IMG/VR virus record: IMGVR_UViG_3300033163_000075 | DNA from: an uncultured virus (IMG/VR IMGVR_UViG_3300033163_000075) | Taxonomy: Duplodnaviria; Heunggongvirae; Uroviricota; Caudoviricetes | Strand: one strand, 5' to 3' | Length of the DNA stretch: 20,000 nucleotides | In this document: positions 1-10,008 of the stretch, piece after piece | Numbering within the stretch: position 1 is the stretch's first letter | How the letters are laid out: each line of letters opens with the position of its first letter | Notes under the pieces: generated by a model | The model's database searches: none | The model's input: only the letters and a program-made list of their open reading frames with translations | Told to the model about the DNA's origin: nothing | Position numbers and translations under genes: made by a program

Positions 1-1224
1 ATGGAACTCATGGACAAGAGAGCGAAGGCATGGGAGGCCGCTAAGGCGTTTCTTAATAGCCACTCTCAGAACGGCGGCATGGTTTCTGCGGAGGATGCCG
101 CAACCTACGACAAGATGGAAAAGGAAGTCACCAACCTCACCAAGGATATCGAGCGCCTGCAGCGTCAGGAGCAGATCGACAAGATGATGAGTGCACCGAC
201 TTCTACTCCGCTCACCGGAAAGCCCGGTGTAAAGGATGAACCGGAGGATAAGCCCGGCAGAGCTTCTGCAGCCTACAAGAAGGCCTTCTGGGACAACATC
301 CGTCATCCCGGCAATCCTGCAATCCGCGATGTACTTGAGGAAGGAACCGATGCAAACGGCGGATACCTTGTTCCGATTGAATTCGAGCACACCCTTGTTC
401 AGGCGCTTAATGAAAACAACATCATGCGTACTATCGGCTGCAAGGTCATTACCACACAGAACGAACGCAAGATCCCTGTGGCAAATGGCCACACGCAGGC
501 GGCGTGGACTGCCGAGAACGGTGCCTACACCGAGAGCAATCCGACCTTCGCTCAGACCAGCATTGACGCTTTCAAGCTGACTGACCTCATCAAGGTGTCC
601 GACGAGCTGCTTTCCGACAGCTTCTTTGATATTGAGGGCTACATCTCTGAGGAATTCGGTCGCGCCTTCGGTGAAGCTGAAGAGGATGCCTTCATCAACG
701 GTGCTGTGCAGACCGGCCAGACGGCTATCGACAGACCTACTGGCCTGTTCATCCCTTCTGCCGCTGGTGGTGCTCCTTCCGGCGTTACCGCAGCTTCCGC
801 TACGGCAATTACCGCCGATGAGCTGATCAGCCTTGTGTACTCTCTCAAGGCTCCTTATCGCAGCAAGGCGAAGTTCCTCATGAACGATGCCACTGTCGCA
901 GCTATCAGAAAGCTCAAGGATCTGAACGGCGTCTATGTATGGCAGCCTGCACTTACTGCCGGAGAGCCCGACAGACTGCTTGGCTATCCGCTCTACACCT
1001 CTCCGAAGGTACCTACAATGGCCGCAGGCGCAAGAGCCATCGCATTCGGCGACTTCTCCTGCTACTGGATCGCTGATAGAGCCGGTCGCACGATCAAGCG
1101 TCTCAACGAGCTTTACGCTACCAACGGTCAGGTCGGCTTTACCTGCACGGAGCGTGTTGACGGCAAGCTGATCCTTTCCGAAGGCATCAAGATTCTCGAC
1201 ATGAAGGCAACTTCCGGTTCTTAA
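1..1224 (+). CDS. Major capsid protein, HK97 fold (true start may be a few codons upstream of the window)
   Basis: N-terminal coiled-coil delta-like domain, GGYLVP motif, RKLKDxNGxYVWQP and RLLGYP, FGDFS and ERVDGKL motifs typical of HK97-family capsids; located before the head-tail genes. Confidence 0.95.
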   Translation: MELMDKRAKAWEAAKAFLNSHSQNGGMVSAEDAATYDKMEKEVTNLTKDIERLQRQEQIDKMMSAPTSTPLTGKPGVKDEPEDKPGRASAAYKKAFWDNIRHPGNPAIRDVLEEGTDANGGYLVPIEFEHTLVQALNENNIMRTIGCKVITTQNERKIPVANGHTQAAWTAENGAYTESNPTFAQTSIDAFKLTDLIKVSDELLSDSFFDIEGYISEEFGRAFGEAEEDAFINGAVQTGQTAIDRPTGLFIPSAAGGAPSGVTAASATAITADELISLVYSLKAPYRSKAKFLMNDATVAAIRKLKDLNGVYVWQPALTAGEPDRLLGYPLYTSPKVPTMAAGARAIAFGDFSCYWIADRAGRTIKRLNELYATNGQVGFTCTERVDGKLILSEGIKILDMKATSGS

Positions 1225-1243
1225 GACAGGGAGGTGAACGACC

Positions 1244-1579
1244 GTGGCTTTGATTTCAACTGAAGATGCGAAGGCCTATCTGCGCGTAGATTCGTCGGAT
1301 GAGGATGCCACGGTCGGTATCCTCTTGGCCTCCGCAATTCGCTTATGTATTGATATTGCAAGACTTTCGGATGATCAGTGGGAAGTGATCGACTCCGATG
1401 CCGCTTCTTCTGATGAATATACCGAGGCGGAGCTGTCTGCAATCCGTGAAACCATGAAGGTCGCTATCCTCTATACCTGTGCCTATCTCTTTGAGCACAG
1501 GGAGGAAGCCGACCACCATGCTCTTACCATGACACTGCGCTCTCTTCTTTTTGCAATACGGGAAGGAGCGTTTTCATGA
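1244..1579 (+). CDS. Head-tail connector (HK97 gp6 / SPP1 gp15-like)
   Basis: AKAYLRVD..DED and AILY..AYLFEHRE motifs; GTG start with upstream GGGAGGTG; follows the capsid gene. Confidence 0.88.
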   Translation: MALISTEDAKAYLRVDSSDEDATVGILLASAIRLCIDIARLSDDQWEVIDSDAASSDEYTEAELSAIRETMKVAILYTCAYLFEHREEADHHALTMTLRSLLFAIREGAFS

Positions 1580-1908
1580 ATATAGCAGCTATGAGGGTGC
1601 GAGTCACCTTCCAGAAAAATACGGTCATCGTCGACAAATACGGAAACCACAAAACCGGCTGGGCGGATTATTTTTCCTGCTGGGCGACTGTCGGCACGAG
1701 CTCCGGTTCCGAATCTTCCGGTGTAGTCATCAATCCGGAGGAATCGCTGGACTTCACCTGCCGCCACTGCTCTGAGCTTGCGGATGTGGAATCGACAAAA
1801 TACCGGATCATCGCGGAAGGCCGCACCTACAACATCACCTATGTGAATCCGATGGGCTATAAGCATAACAGCCTGAAATTCAACTGCAAGCTGGAGAAGA
1901 ACGCATGA
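1576..1908 (+). CDS. Head-tail adaptor / head closure protein (SPP1 gp16-like)
   Basis: MRVRVTFQK, DKYGNH..W, CWATV and YRIIAEGRTYNI patterns; ATGA overlap with the previous gene; synteny. Confidence 0.85.
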   Translation: MNIAAMRVRVTFQKNTVIVDKYGNHKTGWADYFSCWATVGTSSGSESSGVVINPEESLDFTCRHCSELADVESTKYRIIAEGRTYNITYVNPMGYKHNSLKFNCKLEKNA

Positions 1909-2291
1909 GTAGAAATGTATCAATAAGCGAGATGGGCGACGCCATTATGGAGGAACTCGAAAAATATTCAAAGCTCGCTACAGATGACCTGAAGGCTGCA
2001 GTGAAAGAGACTGCCGCTTCCGTCCGCAAGGATATTCAGACTGGCGCTCCGGTCGATACCGGCAAATACAAGAAAAGCTGGTCGGTCAAGAATATGCATG
2101 AGGATTCACAGAGCATTGGCCTCGTGGTGCATTCGAAAAACCGCTATCAGCTGGCACACCTTCTGGAGCACGGGCATGTGAAACGTGGCGGCGGACGTGT
2201 TCCGGCGCAGCCTCATATCGCCTCAGCCGAGGAGCGCGGAAACGAAAAGCTCGTCAATACCATCAAGCAGAAACTGGGAGGTGGATCATGA
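1905..2291 (+). CDS. HK97 gp10-family neck/tail completion protein
   Basis: APVDTGKYKKSW and LAHLLEHGH...GGRV.AQPHI motifs; ATGA overlap; synteny. Confidence 0.88.
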   Translation: MSRNVSISEMGDAIMEELEKYSKLATDDLKAAVKETAASVRKDIQTGAPVDTGKYKKSWSVKNMHEDSQSIGLVVHSKNRYQLAHLLEHGHVKRGGGRVPAQPHIASAEERGNEKLVNTIKQKLGGGS

Positions 2292-2614
2292 CATACGACG
2301 ATGTAATCACCATGTTAGAGGAAGCCGGTCTGCCGCTTGCCTACGACCACTTTGCCGAAGGCGAGTCACCAGACCCGCCCTTCCTCGTTTTTCTATATCC
2401 GGGCTCTGACAATATGTTCGCGGATGACACGGTGTTCAAGAAAATTGATGAGCTGAACATCGAATTATACACGGACGTAAAAGACCCGGAAACAGAAACC
2501 CAGATCGAGGACATCTTAATCGCCCACGACCTGCCTTATGAGAAATCTGAGGTATGGATCGAGTCGGAGAAGCTGTACGAGGTCTTATATCAAACACAGA
2601 TTATAGGAGGTTAA
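2288..2614 (+). CDS. Putative tail terminator / tail completion protein
   Basis: Acidic 108-aa protein directly before the major tail gene; PPFLVF, FADD and WIESEKLYEVLY motifs; RBS GGGAGGTG. Confidence 0.7.
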   Translation: MTYDDVITMLEEAGLPLAYDHFAEGESPDPPFLVFLYPGSDNMFADDTVFKKIDELNIELYTDVKDPETETQIEDILIAHDLPYEKSEVWIESEKLYEVLYQTQIIGG

Positions 2615-2619
2615 AAACT

Positions 2620-3204
2620 ATGTCTAACACGAGTAACAAGGTCAAGTTCGGCCTTAAAAACTGCCACTACGCCATTGCTACGCTTGCCGCAGACGGTACT
2701 GTTACCTTTGGAACGCCTGTAGCAATGCCCGGTGCCGTATCCCTTTCGCTGGATGCTGAGGGAGATAATGATCCATTCTATGCGGACGACTCCGTATATT
2801 ACATGGTTTCAAACAACAACGGCTATTCCGGCGACTTTGAACTGGCGCTGATCCCGGAGAGCTTTCTTACGGATGTCATGCATGAGACTGAGGATGCAAA
2901 CGGCGTCATTGTTGAGAACAAGGATGTAGAGCCGGATCATTTCGCACTGCTTTTTGAGTTTTCTGGCGACCAGAGAAAGATCCGTCACTGCATGTATTAC
3001 TGCAGCGCGACCCGCCCTTCTGTCACCGGCAGCACCAAGGAGGACTCTACCGAGGTGCAGACAGAGACGCTCTCCATCACAGCTTCTCCGCTCCCTTCCG
3101 GCATTGTGAAGGTCAAAACCGGTACGAACACTACAAATGCTGTTTACGACGCTTGGTACAGCTCTGTATATGAGCCGAGTGCTTCAGTAAGTAGCGGTGA
3201 ATAA
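2620..3204 (+). CDS. Major tail (tube) protein, phi13-like family
   Basis: Start reassigned to ATG 2620 (RBS AGGAGG at 2605-2610); NKVKFGLKN.HYA, FYADD, NNGYSG and FALLFEF.GD motifs. Confidence 0.9.
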   Translation: MSNTSNKVKFGLKNCHYAIATLAADGTVTFGTPVAMPGAVSLSLDAEGDNDPFYADDSVYYMVSNNNGYSGDFELALIPESFLTDVMHETEDANGVIVENKDVEPDHFALLFEFSGDQRKIRHCMYYCSATRPSVTGSTKEDSTEVQTETLSITASPLPSGIVKVKTGTNTTNAVYDAWYSSVYEPSASVSSGE

Positions 3205-3215
3205 GGAGGCGCGAT

Positions 3216-3593
3216 ATGGCAGTAACAAAAACAATCGAGGTTGACGGCAAAGAGGTGCAGTTCCGCGCCTCAGCCGCCATTCCTCGCCTTTACAGAAATA
3301 AGTTCCACAGGGATATTTACAAGGATTTAAACGAGCTGCAGAAAGGCATCAATGAAAACGACGCAGAAAGCTCCAATCTGGACACTTTCAGTCTGGAGCT
3401 TTTTGAGAACATCGCATGGCTGATGGCAAAGCATCAGAATCCTGATGTCCCGGATACTCCGGAGGACTGGCTCGACCAGTTCAACACCTTCTCCATTTAT
3501 GAAATCCTGCCTCAGATCATCGAGCTGTGGGGACTCAATGTGGAACAGCAGGTGGAATCTAAAAAAAACATCATCCGACAGAGCGGGAAATGA
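3216..3593 (+). CDS. Tail assembly chaperone (lambda gpG-like)
   Basis: Between major tail and tape measure genes; RBS AAGGAGG; slippery A8C run near the 3' end. Confidence 0.82.
   Translation: MAVTKTIEVDGKEVQFRASAAIPRLYRNKFHRDIYKDLNELQKGINENDAESSNLDTFSLELFENIAWLMAKHQNPDVPDTPEDWLDQFNTFSIYEILPQIIELWGLNVEQQVESKKNIIRQSGK
3563..3569 (+). promoter_or_regulatory. -1 programmed ribosomal frameshift slippery heptamer A AAA AAC
   Basis: In-frame TCT AAA AAA AAC fits X XXY YYZ; the -1 frame reads KHHPTEREMTTP... without a stop; canonical G/GT position. Confidence 0.8.
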
Positions 3594-3754
3594 CAACCCC
3601 GCTCTTTTTACTCCGGTGTGTGCAGATCGGGCTTTCCATCTCGGAGCTCGACCTGCTCACTATCGGGACTGTCAATGACATGTATGCAGAAATGAGCAAC
3701 GACGATTTCAACTATCCTGCGCTCGCGACACAGGAGCAGATGGATCGATTTTAA
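3590..3754 (+). CDS. Tail assembly chaperone gpT-like segment (54 aa, MTTPLFLLRCVQIG...QEQMDRF), probably expressed as a gpGT -1 frameshift fusion; not in the ORF track
   Basis: Hand translation: -1 frame relative to 3216..3593, open from the A8 run (3561-3568) to TAA 3752-3754, ending just before the tape measure RBS. Confidence 0.8.
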   Translation: MTTPLFLLRCVQIGLSISELDLLTIGTVNDMYAEMSNDDFNYPALATQEQMDRF

Positions 3755-3772
3755 CAGGAAGGAGGTCATCGC

Positions 3773-6493
3773 ATGGCTGACAGAATAAAAGGCATAACCG
3801 TGGAAATCGGCGGCGATACGACCGGCCTTTCCAAAGCCCTCTCCGGCGTAAACAAAGAAATCAAATCAACTCAGTCGCAGCTAAAGGACGTCAACAAACT
3901 CCTAAAGCTCGACCCGACAAATACCGCGCTGCTCGAACAGAAACAGAAGCTCCTACAACAGGCAGTCTCCGAAACGAAGGAAAAGCTCACACAGCTGAAG
4001 TCCGTGCAAGACCAGATGGATGCTGGACTTAAAAACGGTACCGTCACCCAGCAGCAATATGATGCATGGCAGCGTGAGATCATAGAGACCGAAAACGAGC
4101 TCAAAAACCTCGAACAGCAGTGTCGGGAAACAGATACTTCTATCACGGCAACACTCCGGGCGACCGGCTCTAAACTGCAGGAGGTCGGCGGGAAAATATC
4201 TGATGTCGGCACGAGCCTATCGACGCATGTAACGGCTCCCATTGTCGCCATCGGTGCTGCCTCCATTGCTGCCTTTAACGAGGTGGATGCTGGCCTCGAC
4301 ATCGTTGCGCAGAAAACTGGTGCTACCGGCGATGAGCTGGAGGATATGTGCCAGATCGTAAAAGACCTCGCCACGGAGATACCGACGGACTTTGAAACTG
4401 CCGGTGCTGCTGTCGGCGAGGTCAACACCCGTTTCGGCCTGACCGAGCAGGCGCTGGATGACCTCTCGGCAAAATTCATCAAGTTTGCCCAGCTCAATGA
4501 TACCGATGTTTCGACATCTATCGACAATGTATCCTCCGTCATGAACGCCTTCGGCATGGACGCTTCTGAGGCGGATAATCTTCTGGATGCTTTAAATGCC
4601 ACCGGTCAGGCCACCGGCATTGATATGGATACACTGGCAAACGCCCTCTCCTCCAATGCCGCGCAGCTGAAGGAAATGGGACTCACTGCCCAGCAGGCCG
4701 CTGGCTTTATGGGCATGGTTGAAATGTCCGGTCTTGATACCTCTGCCGCTATGATGGGTTTAAAGACTGCCATGAAGAATGCAACGGCAGACGGTAAAAC
4801 ACTGGATCAGGTGCTTGCGGAATTTTCTGCTACCATGCAGGGAAGCGGCAGCGATGCAGAAAAGCTGCAAGCGGCTTATGACCTTTTCGGAAGTAAGGCC
4901 GGTGCCTCCATTTATAATGCCGTGCAGACCGGAAAGCTCAACCTGTCGGATTTCTCCAGCTTCCTCGGAGATTTTGAAGGCAGTGTCGAGAACACCTTCA
5001 ATGAGACTCTCGACCCGATTGACCAGTTTCAGATGACGATGAATTCTCTGAAGGAAACCGGTGCAGAGGTCGGCAACTCCCTGATGTCAGTTCTTGCTCC
5101 TGTCCTAAAAGAGCTCTCTGACAAGCTAAAATCCCTCGCCGAATGGTGGAACAACCTCGGAGAGCCTATGCAGCAGATGATCGTAAAAATTGCGCTCGTG
5201 GCTGCTGCAATCGGGCCGGTACTTATAATCGTCGGCAAAGTTATATCCGCTGTTGGTACCATTATGACGATTATTCCTACTGTTACCACTGCTATGGCCG
5301 GAGTAAAGACGGCGATGGCTGGTCTGAATGCTGTCATGGCGGCAAATCCGATAGGCTTGATCATTACGGCCATCGGTCTACTGGTAGCTGCATTTATCTA
5401 CCTGTGGAACAACTGCGAGGGCTTCAGAGAATTCTGGATCAACCTCTGGGAAAAGGTCAAGGAGATCGCCATTACTGTATGGACGGCGATCAAGGACTTC
5501 TTCGTCAGTGTCTGGGAGGTAATAAAGAACACCTTCACCACTGTGGTAAATGCAATCAGCAGTTTTCTTACCACAGCTTGGAATACGATAAAAAGCACGG
5601 TCGAAACCGTGATGAATGCCATAAAGACGGTTATCTCTACGATCTGGAATGGCATCAAGAGCTTTTTTGAAACAATATTCAATGCAATCAAAACTGTGGT
5701 GACTACTTACTTCAATATCTACAAGACGATCATCGAAACCGTCCTGAACGTGATAAAAACCGTGGTTACTACTGTTTGGAACGCGATAAAAACAGCTGTT
5801 GAAACTGTCGTGAATGCCATAAAGACGGTCATCACCACCGCATGGAATGCCATCAAGACTACGACCTCTACGATTTTCAATGCCGTAAAGAGCGTGGTCA
5901 CTTCCGTTTGGAACGGCATAAAGAGCGCGGTCATGAATGTGGTGAATACCATGAAATCCGGCATCAGCAACGGCTTCAATGCGATCAAGAGCACGGTGTC
6001 CAATATCGTAAATGGAATCAAGAGTACCATCTCGAATGTGTTCAATACCATCTGGAGCACGGTATCCGGCATCGTAAACAAGCTAAAGAGCGTATTCAAT
6101 TTCAGCTGGAGCCTGCCGAAGATCAAGCTGCCGCATTTCTCCATCACAGGCAGCTTTTCGCTGAACCCGCCATCCATACCGCACTTTTCTGTGGACTGGT
6201 ATAAGAAGGCGATGTCCGGCGGCATGATCTTAAAGGATGCGACCATCTTCGGCCAGAGCGGCGGCACGCTTCTTGGCGGCGGTGAGGCCGGTGATGAAGC
6301 TGTGGTCGGTGTGAGCTCGCTGCGCTCCATGATTCAGGATGCAGTAAGCAGCGCTACTCTCAGTGTTTCAGGTGACCAGCCTCTCATCAATATCGAGGAA
6401 ATGAGTGTCAGAAGCGACGACGATATCCGGAAGATTTCTCAGCAGCTCAATACTCTGCTGACTGCCGGGCGCAGGGCGAAAGGACTGGTGTAA
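3773..6493 (+). CDS. Tape measure protein
   Basis: 906 aa; IKGITVEIGGDTTGL N-terminus, coiled coils, hydrophobic segments, repeated W/F-x-x-IK units with 11/22-aa spacing, C-terminal GEAGDEAVV. Confidence 0.95.
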   Translation: MADRIKGITVEIGGDTTGLSKALSGVNKEIKSTQSQLKDVNKLLKLDPTNTALLEQKQKLLQQAVSETKEKLTQLKSVQDQMDAGLKNGTVTQQQYDAWQREIIETENELKNLEQQCRETDTSITATLRATGSKLQEVGGKISDVGTSLSTHVTAPIVAIGAASIAAFNEVDAGLDIVAQKTGATGDELEDMCQIVKDLATEIPTDFETAGAAVGEVNTRFGLTEQALDDLSAKFIKFAQLNDTDVSTSIDNVSSVMNAFGMDASEADNLLDALNATGQATGIDMDTLANALSSNAAQLKEMGLTAQQAAGFMGMVEMSGLDTSAAMMGLKTAMKNATADGKTLDQVLAEFSATMQGSGSDAEKLQAAYDLFGSKAGASIYNAVQTGKLNLSDFSSFLGDFEGSVENTFNETLDPIDQFQMTMNSLKETGAEVGNSLMSVLAPVLKELSDKLKSLAEWWNNLGEPMQQMIVKIALVAAAIGPVLIIVGKVISAVGTIMTIIPTVTTAMAGVKTAMAGLNAVMAANPIGLIITAIGLLVAAFIYLWNNCEGFREFWINLWEKVKEIAITVWTAIKDFFVSVWEVIKNTFTTVVNAISSFLTTAWNTIKSTVETVMNAIKTVISTIWNGIKSFFETIFNAIKTVVTTYFNIYKTIIETVLNVIKTVVTTVWNAIKTAVETVVNAIKTVITTAWNAIKTTTSTIFNAVKSVVTSVWNGIKSAVMNVVNTMKSGISNGFNAIKSTVSNIVNGIKSTISNVFNTIWSTVSGIVNKLKSVFNFSWSLPKIKLPHFSITGSFSLNPPSIPHFSVDWYKKAMSGGMILKDATIFGQSGGTLLGGGEAGDEAVVGVSSLRSMIQDAVSSATLSVSGDQPLINIEEMSVRSDDDIRKISQQLNTLLTAGRRAKGLV
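5440..6100 (+). repeat. Degenerate coding repeats (11/22-aa period) in the tape measure gene; boundaries approximate
   Basis: Recurring WNTIK, WNGIK, FNAIK, WNAIK, VNAIK units and DNA motifs such as TGGAA(C/T) and AATGCCAT. Confidence 0.7.
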
Positions 6494-6494
6494 C

Positions 6495-7274
6495 ATGGGA
6501 TTTTCATTTAACGGAACAACCTCCCAGTCTATGGGACTTGCGACAAGAATTACAAACGAATACCGGATGCCGGATCTTAGGAACAACACGATCACCATGC
6601 CCGGACGGCACGGTGTATTTGATTTCGGAGAAACGGTATCCGAGCGAAAGATACTGATTTCCTGCTTCATTCCTCCGGGAAAAACAGACGAGCAGTTTCT
6701 TTCAAAGAAGGACGCTATTATTGAATGGCTGAATCCGGATAACGGCCTCTGCCAGCTCATTCTGGACAAGGAACCGGGACGAGTGTATGAAGCAAGGCTT
6801 ACGTCCGGATTCTCCTTTGACCGGGCAGTCCGTAATTCCTGCACCTTCGATTTGGAATTTTTCTGCCCAGACCCTTATGGCTATGCCATATCAGACGAGA
6901 CCTTTGATTTTGCGGAAACCGGAACCTTTACTGCGTCTCGCACTCTTGGGAATATCGAGTCTTACCCGGTCTACTCCTTAACGGGTGTAATTCCTTCCGG
7001 GACGGACTCGTATATCTCCATAACCACAAACGGCAGCGAGCTTCAGATCATTGGACGGCTTGCCGCCGGAGAAACATTGATTATTGACTCCGATCTGATG
7101 ACGGCAAAAGTAGTTGATTCTAATGGAGAAACCCTCCGAAACGGTCTCCCGCTTTTGTCGGAGCTGAATTTCCCGGTCTTAAATACGGGAGATAATACCA
7201 TCGTGATTGCTGTGGTCGGTACGAGTACAACATTTACGGAACTGAACATTCAAGCCAGAAGCCGCTGGAGGTGA
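6495..7274 (+). CDS. Distal tail protein (Dit)
   Basis: Directly after the tape measure gene; MGFSFNG start, PGRHG, L.LDKEPGRVY.AR, F.CPDPYGY, FP.L..G.N.I and RSRWR end typical of siphophage Dit. Confidence 0.88.
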   Translation: MGFSFNGTTSQSMGLATRITNEYRMPDLRNNTITMPGRHGVFDFGETVSERKILISCFIPPGKTDEQFLSKKDAIIEWLNPDNGLCQLILDKEPGRVYEARLTSGFSFDRAVRNSCTFDLEFFCPDPYGYAISDETFDFAETGTFTASRTLGNIESYPVYSLTGVIPSGTDSYISITTNGSELQIIGRLAAGETLIIDSDLMTAKVVDSNGETLRNGLPLLSELNFPVLNTGDNTIVIAVVGTSTTFTELNIQARSRWR

Positions 7275-7280
7275 TATTGC

Positions 7281-9803
7281 ATGGCTCTTAAAAATATATT
7301 GAATACCCAAGATGCCTTCACCGGCGAGTTCCCGGCTGCATGGGCTCCCGACGGTCTCTGGCGTTTTAACGAGTCCGAACCGGATGCAGATGATTATCTG
7401 GCGGATTCCTCCGGGAAGGATCGCAAGGCATATATTCATAACTGGAGCGGAACAACCGCAGATATGAAAACAGGCAATTTCGGTCGCTATTTTCAGATGA
7501 ACATCAATAATCCTTCATCGGAGAAAACCTACCTGAAGGTAGAAAACGACGGCAGCATCTTTTCAAGCCTCGGTGAAACCATCGTGGTCGGCGGCTGGAT
7601 GAAGCCCACGACATATTCAGTCGGCAACACCTATACTCCGATCTTGAATACCCGCTATGGTTCTGGACAGCCGATTTTCTATCTGTCGCTGATCAGAGGA
7701 AAACCGAGAATTATGCTGTATAACTCCTCCGGTTCTCTGATCCTCGATACGTCGGTAACGCCATCATTCTCTTTGCTAAACGGTTACTGGTATTTTATCG
7801 CCTGTGTGATCAAGCCTAATGCCAAGACAGCACAGTATATCCTTGGCGATAAGAGCTCCGGCACGATTTGGCAGTCAAATGTGTTGACCTTTACCGGAGA
7901 GCTGAATCGTAGCTGCGTGGCTGACCTCATCTGGGGAATGCACGCAGACTCCTACTGGTATGCAGGCGGCTTTGATGATTGGTTCCTCGACTGTGATTCT
8001 GATCTAACCGCCGATGACCTTGCAGAATATTTTCTGGAATCGCTCTCCGCAAACGGTGCAGATCTGACCGGTGATGTGGACGCTCTGACGACACCGGATG
8101 TCGTTACGCTTCGAGCTACAGACTCTGTCTATCCGTCAAGCGGACAGCTCATTACTGCAGCAAGGGACTGTGGCGTGACTGGCAACGGCAGAGTTTCTGT
8201 AAAAGCAGATTACTCTCCGGGAGAGACCTCTATCTCGCTTGTGGAAACAGCCACCTCAGATGACCTCTCCACTTGGACAGAGTGGCAGGCTGTCGGTGCA
8301 AACGGCGAGCTGGAATCTCCTACAAGGAAATACATCAAATACCGCGTCACGCTTTCTACCACAAATACAGCAAGGACGCCTACGCTGACATCTATCAGTC
8401 TGTACGATAATCCAAAGCCGCTCTATACCAAACTTGGCTATGCAAGACCGGTCATTCTGGACTCAGACGGGAATGTAGAAGCTGTGCTGGATAACGCCTA
8501 TGACATCATCGTGACCAGTGAGATCAACGGCGTGGATGAGCTGGAATTTAAGCTGCCGTTTCAGGACAGCAAACGCGCCTATATCGATAACGAAAAGACC
8601 GTGCGTATTGTCAGCGATACCTATCGCATCCGCACGATTACGGACGACAAGGAAGAAAGCGGCAAGGCCATCACCACGGTCTATGCAGAAGCGGCGTTCT
8701 ATGATCTTGCCTATTCCGTGAAAAAGGATGAGATTACCTTTAACGCAGACATGGCTGATGTGCCGATAGCTTATGCTCTTCAGGGAACTGACTGGGATAT
8801 GGGCACGGTTAATGTCTCCACAAAGCGTACTTGGACTTGCTCTGAGAAAAACGCGCTGGCAATTTTGCGTGCAGTACAGAACATTCACGGCGGCGACCTG
8901 ATTTTTGATAACGCAAACAGGATCGTGAAGCTCCTGACCTTCTCCGGTGAGGATTCCGGCGTGCTGTTCTGCTACAAGAAAAATATGAAATCCATCCAAC
9001 GCGTCATTGATACGACCAGCCTGATTACAAGGCTTTACGCCTATGGCAAGGACGGCATGACCTTTGCTTCGATCAATGGCGGCAACGAATATGTGCAGGA
9101 CACGACCTATACTTCCGAAATACGAATTGCTACGCTGGATTGCTCGAACTTCACCAATCCATATCAGATGCTGGAATATGCCAACATGCGACTTGCAGAC
9201 TATGCCTCTCCGCGTATCTCCTATGTGCTAAAGGCGATGGATCTGTCAGTATTGACCGGCTATGAACATGAAACATGGGCGCTGGGCGATACGGTCATGG
9301 TGAAGGATGATGACCTGAACCTGTCTGTAAAGACCAGAATCGTCCGCAGGGAATACAACCTGCAGGAGCCTTGGAATACGGTGCTGGAACTTTCCACTAC
9401 CCTCCGGGAGCTGGGCGATTCCTCCTCACGCTGGGATAGCGCAGCCGATACGCTGGAGTCTACCGATCTGATAGACAGTCAGGAAATGAAGGATCTGGTG
9501 CCGTTTAATCACCTGCGTAATTCCAGAGCAGATTCCGGTCTTACCTACTGGCAAAACTCCGGATTTACCGTGGATGCAGATAATGGCGTATCCGGCACGG
9601 CTTCCTTCAAATGCGAAGGTGCGCTGAATACCACAAAGAGTCTTTCACAGACCATAACGCCCGCCAACCGGCAGTGCTATACCTTTTCGGCGCAGATTGC
9701 CTCTGAGAATCTCTCAAAAGGTACGAATGGACAGGTGGGCATTGAGGTGACCTTTGAATACGAGGACGGAACAACGGAAACACGATTTATAGACCTGATC
9801 TGA
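7281..9803 (+). CDS. Tal / tail spike-like protein: N-terminal LamG/ConA-like domain, central prophage tail hub domain, C-terminal partial carbohydrate-binding-like domain
   Basis: GLWRFNE..DSSG, GGWMKP, WYFIACV and FDDW (LamG-like); from about aa 390 EINGVDELEF, ITRLYAYGKDG and LGDTVMVKD (Tal hub-like); C-terminal NHLRNS...YTFSAQI; follows Dit. Confidence 0.82.
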   Translation: MALKNILNTQDAFTGEFPAAWAPDGLWRFNESEPDADDYLADSSGKDRKAYIHNWSGTTADMKTGNFGRYFQMNINNPSSEKTYLKVENDGSIFSSLGETIVVGGWMKPTTYSVGNTYTPILNTRYGSGQPIFYLSLIRGKPRIMLYNSSGSLILDTSVTPSFSLLNGYWYFIACVIKPNAKTAQYILGDKSSGTIWQSNVLTFTGELNRSCVADLIWGMHADSYWYAGGFDDWFLDCDSDLTADDLAEYFLESLSANGADLTGDVDALTTPDVVTLRATDSVYPSSGQLITAARDCGVTGNGRVSVKADYSPGETSISLVETATSDDLSTWTEWQAVGANGELESPTRKYIKYRVTLSTTNTARTPTLTSISLYDNPKPLYTKLGYARPVILDSDGNVEAVLDNAYDIIVTSEINGVDELEFKLPFQDSKRAYIDNEKTVRIVSDTYRIRTITDDKEESGKAITTVYAEAAFYDLAYSVKKDEITFNADMADVPIAYALQGTDWDMGTVNVSTKRTWTCSEKNALAILRAVQNIHGGDLIFDNANRIVKLLTFSGEDSGVLFCYKKNMKSIQRVIDTTSLITRLYAYGKDGMTFASINGGNEYVQDTTYTSEIRIATLDCSNFTNPYQMLEYANMRLADYASPRISYVLKAMDLSVLTGYEHETWALGDTVMVKDDDLNLSVKTRIVRREYNLQEPWNTVLELSTTLRELGDSSSRWDSAADTLESTDLIDSQEMKDLVPFNHLRNSRADSGLTYWQNSGFTVDADNGVSGTASFKCEGALNTTKSLSQTITPANRQCYTFSAQIASENLSKGTNGQVGIEVTFEYEDGTTETRFIDLI

Positions 9804-9816
9804 AGGAGGGATTTCT

Positions 9817-10008
9817 ATGGCTTCATTTACACACGTGGCACAGGATGTCTCTCCTCAGTATGGCCGCGTCACAAAGATCACCATCCGGGTATGCGTGACC
9901 GACTGCACTGGAACTGTATATATAACAGATATGCTCCTGCAGGGCGGCTCCATCGCCACCGGCTGGGTAGGCCATGTATCAGAAATTCAATGGACGGAGG
10001 ACGGATAA
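9817..10008 (+). CDS. Small tail-associated protein (63 aa) resembling the C-terminal half of a CBM-like beta-sandwich
   Basis: Strong RBS AAGGAGG; GTVYITDMLLQGG..ATGW motif; paralogous to the N-terminus of the next ORF. Confidence 0.7.
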   Translation: MASFTHVAQDVSPQYGRVTKITIRVCVTDCTGTVYITDMLLQGGSIATGWVGHVSEIQWTEDG

